64,000 nucleotides of DNA from a virus: the IMG/VR virus record IMGVR_UViG_3300030107_001040, positions 1 through 64,000 of that record. One strand, given 5' to 3'. Under the pieces are notes generated by a model. It was not told the origin of the DNA. It did no database searches and worked only from the letters and a program-made list of their open reading frames with translations. Shown in pieces: positions 46,823 to 56,195 of this stretch (within the stretch, counting starts at the first letter, position 1; every line of letters starts with the position of its first letter). The translations under genes and the position numbers were made by a program.

Positions 46823-47403
46823 TGCAGATAGAGAAAGGTCAATGGAGTTTGATCCAACTGAATAACCTAGTTGATGTTCGTGGTATTGTTGAAGAACCCC
46901 CAAAAGATAGAGGTAAGTTTGGATATGATAAGAAAGGACGGTTAAACTCTTGGATAGAGGAAGGACAAGTAGCAGGTAGTCTTGCTAGATATAATCATCC
47001 TAAGTTTAAAGAACTTCATACATGTGTTATGGAGATGGTTGAACAGGTAATCCATGAGAAATTATATCCAACATATTATTTTGATAGATTCTATTTTAGA
47101 GGACAAGAATTAAAGAGACATAGTGATAGAGGTTCATGTGAGATTAGCGTCTCTATGCACATATCAACTAATGCAAAATACCCTTGGCCGATATACTTTG
47201 AAGTAGACAATACCGTAAAAGAATTAACATGTAAACCTGGAGATGCGATACTATATAAAGGGTGTGAGTTAGATCATTGGAGAGAACCTTTAAAAGGTCC
47301 ATCTGATACTTACTTTCACCAAATATTCTTCCATTATGTTAGGGCAAATGGTTATTACCTACAACATGCCTATGACACATGTGTAGAAGATACTGCTAAA
47401 TAG
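46822..47403 (+). CDS. Putative 2OG-Fe(II) oxygenase-like protein
   Basis: RHSDR..CEIS, PGDA..Y.G...HWR, Q.F.HY. Confidence 0.75.
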   Translation: MQIEKGQWSLIQLNNLVDVRGIVEEPPKDRGKFGYDKKGRLNSWIEEGQVAGSLARYNHPKFKELHTCVMEMVEQVIHEKLYPTYYFDRFYFRGQELKRHSDRGSCEISVSMHISTNAKYPWPIYFEVDNTVKELTCKPGDAILYKGCELDHWREPLKGPSDTYFHQIFFHYVRANGYYLQHAYDTCVEDTAK

Positions 47404-47426
47404 TACTATTAAAAGACCCGATTTCG

Positions 47427-47795
47427 ATGGCACATTACGCACAATTAGATGAAAATAACAATGTCATTTCTGTCCGTCTTTTGGATGATTTCTATGAAAT
47501 GAATGACATTGGGGAACTAGATGAAGAGAAGGCAATCTGCCTTCTTCAAAAGGAGAATGGTAGAGAAACCATTTGGAAGAAAACTTCATATAGTGGAAAA
47601 ACGAGAGGCAAGTTTGCTTCTGTAGGTGGAACATACCATGCAGCAACAGATGAGTTTAGAGATCCTAAACCATACAAAAGTTGGGTGTATGATGATGACG
47701 CAAACCAATGGAAACCACCAATTCCAAGACCAGGAGTCTTATGGGATTGGGATGAGGAAAATTTAAAATGGGTTGAGGAAGAACAAGACACATGA
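47427..47795 (+). CDS. Fibre-associated hypothetical protein
   Basis: MAHYA.LD, WK.TSY, PKPY.SW, W.PP.P.P. Confidence 0.75.
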   Translation: MAHYAQLDENNNVISVRLLDDFYEMNDIGELDEEKAICLLQKENGRETIWKKTSYSGKTRGKFASVGGTYHAATDEFRDPKPYKSWVYDDDANQWKPPIPRPGVLWDWDEENLKWVEEEQDT

Positions 47796-48133
47796 AACCA
47801 GTTTATGAATGGGTCGCATTTGACTCAGCGATTTCGTTATTAAGACCTAAAGCAAAATGGTCATTAAATCATGGAACTCTTGAGTGGCAAGATCCTAGAC
47901 CAATGCCAACATTAGAAGAAATCCAAGATACCATTAAAAAGATTAAAGATTTTGAAGAGAGTATAGATTATATTCTCTTACCAGAGCAACAGGAAGAACA
48001 ACCTGATCTTGCTCAAGAAGATGTGACTCATGGTATTAAACCTTATGATGATTCTGACATGTCAGGAGGTGGACCAGATGGATTACAAGGTAAGAGTGGA
48101 GTTCCACCAACAGGGTGGCATGTTCCACAATAG
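47792..48133 (+). CDS. Hypothetical protein
   Basis: ATGA-coupled; AI..LRP.AKW. Confidence 0.7.
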   Translation: MKPVYEWVAFDSAISLLRPKAKWSLNHGTLEWQDPRPMPTLEEIQDTIKKIKDFEESIDYILLPEQQEEQPDLAQEDVTHGIKPYDDSDMSGGGPDGLQGKSGVPPTGWHVPQ

Positions 48134-48166
48134 TATAAATAACCGTAAGGAGTTTAAATATCATCC

Positions 48167-48796
48167 ATGTCTCAAATTAATGCGGGGACTCTAAACGTCA
48201 CCACGACAACTTATGCAGATAGCACTTCACAAACAAGTGGTTCTATTTCTGGTTTAATTACTGGATCTCCTTCTAATGGTGACTCAGTTCAGTACAATGG
48301 ATCCGCATGGGTTCCTGCTGCTGTATCAGGAGCACCAGTTGGTGCTATTTTTGCTTATGCAAAGAACACACCGCCAACTGGATTTTTGAAGTGCAATGGT
48401 GCATCAATTAGCACCTCTACATATTCTGCTTTACATACAGTTATAGGTACCACTTTTGGTGGATCAGGTAGTAACTTTAATGTTCCTGATCTTAGAGGGG
48501 AGTTTATCAGAGGATGGGATGATGGTAGAAATGTGGACAACGGAAGAAATTTTGGATCCACTCAGGGTGATATGGTAGAGGAGCATAGGCACTGGATCTC
48601 ATCTATGGCAACTGACGACAGAAACATCACTGGTACTGGTGGTAACGGTCAGGAATATGGTTTAGTATCTGACGCTGGTGGTTACTCTGCAAATGACCCT
48701 AATAAGTCAACTGGTCGTTATACGAGGAATGACCCTAGCGGTAATGGAGAAACTCGTCCTCGTAATTTAGCACTCATGTATATAATCAAGTATTAA
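48167..48796 (+). CDS. Tail collar domain fibre protein
   Basis: PVG.I, P.GFLKCNG, FNVPDLRGEFIRGWD, ETRPRN.A..YIIK. Confidence 0.92.
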   Translation: MSQINAGTLNVTTTTYADSTSQTSGSISGLITGSPSNGDSVQYNGSAWVPAAVSGAPVGAIFAYAKNTPPTGFLKCNGASISTSTYSALHTVIGTTFGGSGSNFNVPDLRGEFIRGWDDGRNVDNGRNFGSTQGDMVEEHRHWISSMATDDRNITGTGGNGQEYGLVSDAGGYSANDPNKSTGRYTRNDPSGNGETRPRNLALMYIIKY

Positions 48797-48798
48797 TC

Positions 48799-49260
48799 AT
48801 GGCATCAGGAAATTTAGACATATTAGTTTATCACTATGACCCAGTGAGTTACATCTATCAGGAACTATGGGAACCTGCGGATGAGTCTCCATTGGAACCT
48901 GGTAAATATTTGGTTCCAGCATTTGCTACTACAGTATGTCCACCACCTATAGAAGAGGGTTGGCAAGCAAAATGGATTGGTGACCACTGGGAACTCTCAG
49001 AAAAAAGATTAGAAGATGATCCAACAGTAACAAATGTAACCTATCCTTTTGAGGATATTACACCTGAGAGACAGTTAAGAGAAACAAGAAGAGGTAAGTT
49101 AAGATCTAGTGATTGGACACAACTTCCAGATGTACCTTTAGATGCTAAACAAAAAGAAGCATGGGGTAAATATCGTCAGGAATTAAGAGATCTTCCTTCT
49201 CAACAAACAGCAGAAGATATTGAACTAACTAATATTGTTTGGCCAAATCCACCCACATAA
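48799..49260 (+). CDS. Tail fibre assembly chaperone-like protein
   Basis: R...L..SDWTQLPD, W..YRQ.LRDLP, WP.PP. Confidence 0.85.
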   Translation: MASGNLDILVYHYDPVSYIYQELWEPADESPLEPGKYLVPAFATTVCPPPIEEGWQAKWIGDHWELSEKRLEDDPTVTNVTYPFEDITPERQLRETRRGKLRSSDWTQLPDVPLDAKQKEAWGKYRQELRDLPSQQTAEDIELTNIVWPNPPT

Positions 49261-49803
49261 ATGTATTTTTTTCGTTATTGGATCAACGATCCACTCCTTG
49301 AAAAAATTAAAGAAGAAGTCAATGAAGCAAAGGATACTTATGATTCTCTAGTTAGTAAAGAGAAGCATAATATCAGCACTTGTGGTAGTAAACAATATGA
49401 TTTGAGTCCGAAGGTTGCTTCAGATAAATTAGTTCAGACTAACAAGACTTTAAAAGAAATAATAAAAGACTCTTTAGATAAAGAGGTATTCTACAAAACC
49501 GCTTGGAGTGTTATAGGCACAAAGGGCGGTTATCATACTGTACATAATCATAATAATTATGTTAATGGTGCATTTGGTCAGACTACTGATAAAGATATAT
49601 GCACTGTATTATATTTGGATGTTGAACCAGAAGAGAGACCTTGGGAACAAGGCACATTTTTCTATTGGAAGGATAACACCTTCCATGAGGTAGAACCTAA
49701 GTCAGGAGATCTATTGGTATTTCCTGCCGATCTATATCATGGAACCTATCCTCAATCAGCAGAGACTAGATGGACATTGAACATTGACTTTGGAATAAAA
49801 TGA
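49261..49803 (+). CDS. Putative 2OG-Fe(II) oxygenase
   Basis: HNH, GDLLVFP...HG, R. Confidence 0.75.
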   Translation: MYFFRYWINDPLLEKIKEEVNEAKDTYDSLVSKEKHNISTCGSKQYDLSPKVASDKLVQTNKTLKEIIKDSLDKEVFYKTAWSVIGTKGGYHTVHNHNNYVNGAFGQTTDKDICTVLYLDVEPEERPWEQGTFFYWKDNTFHEVEPKSGDLLVFPADLYHGTYPQSAETRWTLNIDFGIK

Positions 49804-50351
49804 AACCTATATTTTATAATGACTTCTACTTCCAATACAGGATGCCTTTCTTTGATAAGTTATTGGAAGCAATACCAGAAGATAATTTTGATGAGAATTT
49901 TACATGGGGTGATCTCTGTAAGATAAACAGAGTATCCTTAGATGCTGAGGACTATAGAGATCTATTACTTCAACCATTACATCAATTAGGTTCACAGTTA
50001 GGGATTGACTTTGATGCTCAGATACTACACCCTTGGATGAATGTATATGGTGAGGGAGATTTCCAAGAGGTTCACTACCATGACGACTGTGACATAGCGT
50101 CAGTTATATTTCTAAATGATGGTCCAGATTTTGCTAAGTTCTATTTCTGGGATTCAAATCACACAGCATTTACAAAACCTTGGATTAAGATAATCACTAA
50201 GATGAAGATGAGTAACATATACTATCCTGAAGTCAAAGCAGGTGATATAATAATGTTCCCATCTCATACCTATCATGGTGTTACGCCACATAAATCAAAA
50301 GAGAAGAGAAGGACTCTTAGTTTTAATACGGTGATTACGAATGTCAACTGA
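49800..50351 (+). CDS. Putative 2OG-Fe(II) oxygenase
   Basis: QE.H.H, FPS...HGV, R.T.SFN. Confidence 0.8.
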   Translation: MKPIFYNDFYFQYRMPFFDKLLEAIPEDNFDENFTWGDLCKINRVSLDAEDYRDLLLQPLHQLGSQLGIDFDAQILHPWMNVYGEGDFQEVHYHDDCDIASVIFLNDGPDFAKFYFWDSNHTAFTKPWIKIITKMKMSNIYYPEVKAGDIIMFPSHTYHGVTPHKSKEKRRTLSFNTVITNVN

Positions 50352-50883
50352 AGTTCATGTAATACCAGACTTCCTCTCCAAAGAGGAGTGTGAGTGGTTC
50401 TCTGCATTCCATAAGGTTATGTGGAGGTATCATGGTGTGACATTCTCTGATCGTAAGATCCTTAACGTTAATCAAATGATTGATTATCTAGCAGATGAGA
50501 AGGCATACAACAGCACTGATCCATTAAAGAAAATATTAGCAGATATTGCTTGTAATATTCGTAAGTATGATGAGAGAGCATATCCAAACTATAGTCACAT
50601 AACTGGGTGGGTAGCACCCATAAGACAACCAATGCACTTTGATTTTCCACAACACGCATGGACATCTATAATCTATTTGAATGAGGATTTTGTAGGTGGT
50701 TCAACTATAATAGAAGATCAGAACATACAACCAGAGCAAGGCATGATGGTCTTGTTTGAGGGTTGTAAGTTGAATCATGGTGTAGAAAATGTAACGCATG
50801 GTACTAGATATACTATCTCTACGTGGTATAAGAGTTTCATGGAGGACAACCAGTCCTACCTTTATCAGATTCAGAACAAGTGA
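50341..50883 (+). CDS. 2OG-Fe(II) oxygenase
   Basis: HFD, IYLN..F.GG, HGV, RYT...W. Confidence 0.85.
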   Translation: MSTEVHVIPDFLSKEECEWFSAFHKVMWRYHGVTFSDRKILNVNQMIDYLADEKAYNSTDPLKKILADIACNIRKYDERAYPNYSHITGWVAPIRQPMHFDFPQHAWTSIIYLNEDFVGGSTIIEDQNIQPEQGMMVLFEGCKLNHGVENVTHGTRYTISTWYKSFMEDNQSYLYQIQNK

Positions 50884-51491
50884 TAATAGATCTATTCCCT
50901 ACTTCAGTATATGTTGATGAGTTTAGTCTCACTGATACTGAGAGGGATTTTTTATTGTCTGTTCCCCTTAATAGAAATGATGATGACGTAGCGTCAGTCA
51001 GTTCTACTAGATTGAATGAAGAGGAGGGATACCAGAGTTTTTTAAGGAAGGTTGACCAGCATGTGTACGAGTATGCTTTTAATATAATGAAGTTGGATCC
51101 TCAGTATGGTTTAAAATGTCATGGTGCATGGGTCAATAGGAATGATACAGGAGATAGAACAAACCCACATCACCACTCTAACTCATTGATTAGTGGTGTG
51201 TATTATATTGATGTAGAGGCAGAGTCACAAGGAGCAATAGACTTTACTGATGAGAAATGTGGTCCATTTGGTAAGTTCTTTACTCTTCTCAAGTATACTG
51301 AGCAGGAGATCAGGAACTCTCACATATCTCAGATCAAGGTTAAAAATGGTATGATCCTGCTGTTCCCATCTATCTTGAAGCATGGTGTGGCAATGAATAG
51401 ATCTCTGACTCCACGTTACACAACAGCGTTTGATTATATGATTGAAGGTCAGGTCAGTGGGTGGGTTAATAGAATGGACGTGACACTTTAA
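50880..51491 (+). CDS. Putative 2OG-Fe(II) oxygenase
   Basis: H.H.NS.ISGVYY, FPS.L.H.V, R...AF. Confidence 0.82.
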   Translation: MIIDLFPTSVYVDEFSLTDTERDFLLSVPLNRNDDDVASVSSTRLNEEEGYQSFLRKVDQHVYEYAFNIMKLDPQYGLKCHGAWVNRNDTGDRTNPHHHSNSLISGVYYIDVEAESQGAIDFTDEKCGPFGKFFTLLKYTEQEIRNSHISQIKVKNGMILLFPSILKHGVAMNRSLTPRYTTAFDYMIEGQVSGWVNRMDVTL

Positions 51492-51565
51492 CGACTGTCC
51501 AATGGTCAATGTACTTAATCTGTGCTATAGTTGACAGGTATTGAAACAGGAGCAATTTTTGAACA

Positions 51566-51835
51566 GTGCCACAATTTACATTAGTTGCCGTTGACGAGGA
51601 CGGTGTATGCACAACCTCTAAAGAATTTGAAACCGTATTTTTAAATGATGCAGTTGAATACTATGGTGATTTTCTTCGTGGTGTGGGATATGAGTTTGAT
51701 GAACTCAGTGTCTCTGCATCTATTGGAGAAGTTCCTGAAGAGGAAATCAACATTGTCAAATCTGATAATGGTCCAGCATTAAAAGCGAAGGACTCTGCAT
51801 ACGTTGAACAGTATCGTCAAAACGGTGCTGATTGA
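51566..51835 (+). CDS. Hypothetical protein
   Basis: GTG start; FLRGVGY motif. Confidence 0.7.
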   Translation: MPQFTLVAVDEDGVCTTSKEFETVFLNDAVEYYGDFLRGVGYEFDELSVSASIGEVPEEEINIVKSDNGPALKAKDSAYVEQYRQNGAD

Positions 51836-51919
51836 TACCGAACACTGGGTTCTTGACATTAAGAGAACCTTGTGTTACTATATAAAAATGTAGTTCAGTT
51901 TTTTCTACAAGACATACAC

Positions 51920-52117
51920 ATGGGCAAGACATTCAGGCGAGGTGGTAGCGAACAAGGTTACTACTATGGCGGAAAATCCCTTCGTGACAAGAGGCAAAAA
52001 GGTACCAATCGTTCTTCATTCAGAGAGGAGTCTTATGACTACGATAGATCCAAAAAAGGTAACAACAAGTCCAGAGACCAGCGAACCTATGATGAATTTG
52101 AAGGAGGAGTTACGTGA
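51920..52117 (+). CDS. Hypothetical basic protein
   Basis: MGKTFRR start, downstream of TTGACA-N17-TACTAT. Confidence 0.6.
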   Translation: MGKTFRRGGSEQGYYYGGKSLRDKRQKGTNRSSFREESYDYDRSKKGNNKSRDQRTYDEFEGGVT

Positions 52118-52189
52118 AGATTATGATGAGATTGAGTACGATGATGGATCGTATGCTGACATAGAAATAGACTACACAACACAATATTA

Positions 52190-52390
52190 ATGCCAAGTAA
52201 AGATCAGAGAACAATAGATGACAATGAGTCCAAAGACCAGAAATGGAACCGAGGACTTGATTTGTACATTGAATCTATTCATAAAGCAGACCACTCTTTG
52301 CGTGGATGCGCTCACAATCAGAAATGTTACGTTGAATTGATGGAAGTTCGTGATAATATATTAGAGTATGCCAAGACCCTACGGAGATGA
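52190..52390 (+). CDS. Hypothetical protein
   Basis: ORF track; WNRGLDLYIES. Confidence 0.7.
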   Translation: MPSKDQRTIDDNESKDQKWNRGLDLYIESIHKADHSLRGCAHNQKCYVELMEVRDNILEYAKTLRR

Positions 52391-52590
52391 TTGGAATCCA
52401 CTCTGCTATATTGACAAGACAACAAAAACTGATAGTGAAGGATGCGCTGATAACTTACGTCTGTCAACTACAGAAGCAATTCTTTAGAGACAACGATATT
52501 CCTTTTGATGAATACACACAGCGTATGCAGGAAATTGACGACATCACTGACAAATTACATTTGAAGGAACTCTACAAATATGACTATTGA
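52387..52590 (+). CDS. Hypothetical protein
   Basis: ATGA-coupled. Confidence 0.7.
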   Translation: MIGIHSAILTRQQKLIVKDALITYVCQLQKQFFRDNDIPFDEYTQRMQEIDDITDKLHLKELYKYDY

Positions 52591-53227
52591 AATGTTCTGT
52601 CCTCGTTGGTATTATTGTGGGTCAGTCCCAGAAGATAACCAACAAGAGATAAAAGAACTCTTTGAGGAATTTTTATCTATTGATAAGAATTTCATTAATC
52701 CTGATGATTTGAATGGAGAGTTACTCACTTCATACGGTTTACCTACAAATCAGACAGCACCTTGGACTGACTGGTTAGGGTTGATTAAACCTTGCTTGAC
52801 TGAAATGGTTGAGCAGTTGAAACCTAAGTTAGATATTGAGATAGTACCGCAAGAAGCATGGTGTAATAGGTATGATAAAGGACATTATCAGGAGTATCAC
52901 TGCCACTCTGTTCAGCACTGCAACCTAGCAGCAGTATACTTTTTTAAATTAGAAGAGGATAAGTGTCCTTACTTCAAATTCTATAATAATCAACACGCAC
53001 AATATAAGATGAGTGGGTTGGCAGATACGTTTGAGATACCAACGGATGCTACTGTTACGCCAAGAGTTAGTGAAGGTGATCTAATAGTATTCCCTGCTCA
53101 CTATCCTCATTTGGTATCACCTAATAAAAATGGAAGTGAAAGGATAACGTTTAGTGCTAATTTTGATGTTGTACCAGCGAAGAGAGTGTCACATGGCAGC
53201 ACTGGAAAGGACATGGATCTATTATAA
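52580..53227 (+). CDS. Putative 2OG-Fe(II) oxygenase
   Basis: QE.H.H, EGDL..FP...H.V, RIT.S.N. Confidence 0.8.
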   Translation: MTIEMFCPRWYYCGSVPEDNQQEIKELFEEFLSIDKNFINPDDLNGELLTSYGLPTNQTAPWTDWLGLIKPCLTEMVEQLKPKLDIEIVPQEAWCNRYDKGHYQEYHCHSVQHCNLAAVYFFKLEEDKCPYFKFYNNQHAQYKMSGLADTFEIPTDATVTPRVSEGDLIVFPAHYPHLVSPNKNGSERITFSANFDVVPAKRVSHGSTGKDMDLL

Positions 53228-53228
53228 T
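53171..53228 (+). promoter_or_regulatory. Early-type promoter motif
   Basis: GTACCA-N10-TGTCAC, 30 nt, TATAAT. Confidence 0.65.
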
Positions 53229-53250
53229 TGATTCATGTAACGGAGTCTCC

Positions 53251-53730
53251 ATGACTTTAGAATTTAACAAGGTATACTCATTTAAGGTTGAGCACCTATT
53301 CCATCCTCAGTGTCCTAAGAATTACGTCAATTCTATGGTCAAGAAGATACAGACAGATGCTAGGACATCATCTCCTATCATCACTTCATTTGTATCAGAG
53401 CAGTGGTTCTGTGGTCTTGAGTATGTTGATGAGAAGTATCGTGACTTCGTTGGTGGTGGTTATAATATAGAGAAGAAGATGTTTGGTAGATACGGTTCTA
53501 AGTTCTGTCCTTCCTACATGGTAGGATCAGGTAGAACTATTGATCCTGAGAAGTCACTTAAGATATGCAAGGATAATGAGTTGGTTTACTTGCTTGCTGA
53601 TGCTAACGAGTTTCCTAATGTGTATCTCACATTCGTTGATGGTATTGAGTTGCATAAGCGTCACGCTTCATGTTCTATAGGTTACAGTAACAAGTGGAGA
53701 CAATTTTATTTTAATCGTGATGTTGTATAA
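53251..53730 (+). CDS. Putative PD-(D/E)XK restriction-like endonuclease
   Basis: D...EKK motif spacing; overlaps the downstream methyltransferase. Confidence 0.45.
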   Translation: MTLEFNKVYSFKVEHLFHPQCPKNYVNSMVKKIQTDARTSSPIITSFVSEQWFCGLEYVDEKYRDFVGGGYNIEKKMFGRYGSKFCPSYMVGSGRTIDPEKSLKICKDNELVYLLADANEFPNVYLTFVDGIELHKRHASCSIGYSNKWRQFYFNRDVV

Positions 53731-54505
53731 CGAGGACTGCTTAACTGGGATGAGTAAACTTGATGATAGGTCAGTTGATGCTATCGTCACATCCCCACCA
53801 TATAACCTTAATATCAAATACAGCAAGTATGAGGACAAGAAACCGAGAGATCAATATATCAGTTGGTTGCAGGATATATTTACTGAGTGTAAGAGAGTAT
53901 TAAAGGATAATGGTCACTTGTTCGTTAATATGGGGTATTCAAATATTGATCCTTGGGTAGGTATTGAGGTGGGTATGTCACTCAGGAACACATGGCACCT
54001 ACAGAATCATATTGCATGGGTCAAATCAATCCATGTCAATAATAAGACAAGTGGTCATTTTAAACCTATCAACAGTAAGAGGTATTTGTGTCCTACATGG
54101 GAGCATCTATTCCATTTGACTAAGAGTGGTGATGTGGAAATTGATAGACTGTCTGTTGGTGTCCCTTACGAATACTATGAAGCGAATATTCGTGGTAAGA
54201 ATACAAAGGAGAATAAACCTAACCTAAGAGACAAGGGTAACAGTTGGTTTATACCTTATGAGACTGTGAACAGTAAAGATTTACGTGGTAAGCATCCTGC
54301 TACCTTCCCAGTTAAATTAGTTGAGGACTGTATTAAGATGACTGGTATTACTTCTGGTATAGTATTAGATCCTTTCATGGGAACTGGTACTACTGGACTA
54401 GCAGCACTCAACCTTGGATGGGATTATATTGGATATGAGATAGATGAGGATTATATTAAGTTTTCCTTAAGAAGACTAGATCAAGGGTTATTATCCATAT
54501 TATAA
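53717..54505 (+). CDS. DNA amino-methyltransferase (beta class, probably N4-C)
   Basis: TSPPY, HPA.FP, LDPFMGTGTT. Confidence 0.92.
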   Translation: MMLYNEDCLTGMSKLDDRSVDAIVTSPPYNLNIKYSKYEDKKPRDQYISWLQDIFTECKRVLKDNGHLFVNMGYSNIDPWVGIEVGMSLRNTWHLQNHIAWVKSIHVNNKTSGHFKPINSKRYLCPTWEHLFHLTKSGDVEIDRLSVGVPYEYYEANIRGKNTKENKPNLRDKGNSWFIPYETVNSKDLRGKHPATFPVKLVEDCIKMTGITSGIVLDPFMGTGTTGLAALNLGWDYIGYEIDEDYIKFSLRRLDQGLLSIL

Positions 54506-54590
54506 TGGATATATAATCTGTATAACGAAATTGATGGAAGATACACCAATCGGAAGTTAGTTTCAAACTCACAAAATTAGAGGAAAAATT

Positions 54591-55709
54591 ATGACGCTTC
54601 AGTTGGAAGTTGGGGTATGGTATGTGTTACCAGGAATCCCAAATGTAGAAATAGGTTTACTACCTACGAAAGAATTTTTAGATCTCCCTGAGTGGATAAC
54701 TCAGCGTAATACGGAGAACAGACTTAAGAAGAAAGGTGTGATAGATCACCTAAGAAAAGTATTCCCCACTCATCATATTGTAGCAGTTGGAGAGATAACA
54801 GCACAAGATGAATGGGAAGATGGAACGATATATGAGGAAGGATCAAGTTGGAGACTTGATGCCAATACAAGAGCGAAGGTGTGGGATAGAGGTTTATCTG
54901 ATACTACACCAGAAGTAGTACTAGCGATTAAGTATAAAGGTAAAACACTAAAGGATCTTAGGAGTATTTACTGGGCGTTTGATAACCCAACAGCAGCAGA
55001 GATAGCAGCAGAAGTGGTTACTGGATGTCTTAAGTCTCTTGGCATAGAGTTACAGACTAAGAAGTTTCAAGATGGTCAGTTTGTAACAGCACTATCATAT
55101 ACTTGCAAGTATAATGCACCTGAAGTATATGGTGAGAAGGGTTTATGGTCAGAACCATCTGACGACTCAGTTACTATAAGTGACTACAAGAGAACTCAGA
55201 CTCTTCATGCTGTTAGAGATTACTCTGAGACTATCGTGGCAGTTGATGAACTGTTATCTAAGACTGGTATCATATCAGACTTTGACCAGACCTTCATCAC
55301 AGCATTATTTTTGTTTCATAGACAGTACGGTGTCTTTGATGACCACGTGACTGACTTATGCTTAAACCTTACAGGCAGATTAAAGGATGAGGATGGCGAG
55401 CAGTTATTGATAGCAACTGCCCCTAACGCTGGTGCTAAGTTGAATGCAGCAGGGTGGATAAAGAGAGAGAACGACAAGACCTACGAGAAGTATGACAAGC
55501 AAGTGGTCATCAAAGATCGTGGTAAAATGGATGGATTTGCTCAGGGTGTTCCCTTCTTCTGCTACTGGTTGACCATAGCATCACAGAATGGATTCAAGCA
55601 CAGACAAAATCAAGGAGCAAAGGGAGGATATACTAACTGGTTTAATGAGGTCTTTCTAAAGACCAATAGGAAAGCACTGGTAGAAAAACTAGAAAAACTG
55701 GTCAGTTGA
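54591..55709 (+). CDS. Hypothetical protein, possibly ParB/DndB-like N-domain
   Basis: QR motif and LDANTR resembling DGxHR. Confidence 0.55.
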   Translation: MTLQLEVGVWYVLPGIPNVEIGLLPTKEFLDLPEWITQRNTENRLKKKGVIDHLRKVFPTHHIVAVGEITAQDEWEDGTIYEEGSSWRLDANTRAKVWDRGLSDTTPEVVLAIKYKGKTLKDLRSIYWAFDNPTAAEIAAEVVTGCLKSLGIELQTKKFQDGQFVTALSYTCKYNAPEVYGEKGLWSEPSDDSVTISDYKRTQTLHAVRDYSETIVAVDELLSKTGIISDFDQTFITALFLFHRQYGVFDDHVTDLCLNLTGRLKDEDGEQLLIATAPNAGAKLNAAGWIKRENDKTYEKYDKQVVIKDRGKMDGFAQGVPFFCYWLTIASQNGFKHRQNQGAKGGYTNWFNEVFLKTNRKALVEKLEKLVS

Positions 55710-55763
55710 GATAGTGGCACATACTTCCACACAGAATGCTCTGAGTGGTATACCATATAAATA
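55700..55763 (+). promoter_or_regulatory. Early-type promoter motif plus late box
   Basis: GGTCA-N10-TGGCAC, 30 nt, TACCAT; TATAAATA at 55756-55763. Confidence 0.55.
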
Positions 55764-55764
55764 T

Positions 55765-55915
55765 GGGAAACAAAGGAGGTTTCTTTCTAGTCTGACAAGT
55801 AGGGTTCAATCATTTTGAATACGGAATACCAGCAATGGTACACTTCTTATATGATTACTACAAGAAGCAGACACATGACGAAAGAGTAATGCACCGCCCC
55901 CTCTTTTTGTTTCTC
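55765..55915 (+). ncRNA. Candidate multi-branched ncRNA A
   Basis: About 15-bp terminal stem, inner GTCTG/CAGAC helix closing three hairpins; no ORF in the track. Confidence 0.55.
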
Positions 55916-55931
55916 TCACCTTATCACATAC

Positions 55932-55982
55932 GAGGAGATGGATGTGCCTCTCGGTTCGCAACCGAAGAAAGAACTAACATCC
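55932..55982 (+). promoter_or_regulatory. Candidate pseudoknotted leader element
   Basis: GAGG/CCTC stem, loop GGATGT pairing with ACATCC, inserted TCGGTT/AACCGA hairpin. Confidence 0.45.
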
Positions 55983-56009
55983 GCTAGCAATTTAAGGAGG
56001 TTACACGAG

Positions 56010-56195
56010 TTGAAATTCTTCTCAACCAAAACCCAAATTTATGGGATCAAGAAGGCACTTAAAGCAGCAGAGAAAGATCCCTTCCTGTATAAGGATGAGG
56101 AGTTAATCAAATTGAAAACTTCTCTTCGCAAACTACGTGAAGAAGAAGAACTCACCAGACAAGCACAAAATGGAGGATTTGGTTACAATGTCTAA
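56010..56195 (+). CDS. Hypothetical protein
   Basis: TTG start after SD AAGGAGG. Confidence 0.65.
   Translation: MKFFSTKTQIYGIKKALKAAEKDPFLYKDEELIKLKTSLRKLREEEELTRQAQNGGFGYNV

Noticed and set aside
55790-55982. Hammerhead or HDV-like ribozyme
   Set aside because: CTGACAA lacks the CUGANGA core, and no P1/P1.1 partner fits an HDV fold although CTAA precedes a pairing strand
55938-56009. N-terminal extension of ORF 55938-56195
   Set aside because: It overlaps the structured element; AAGGAGG points to the TTG at 56010
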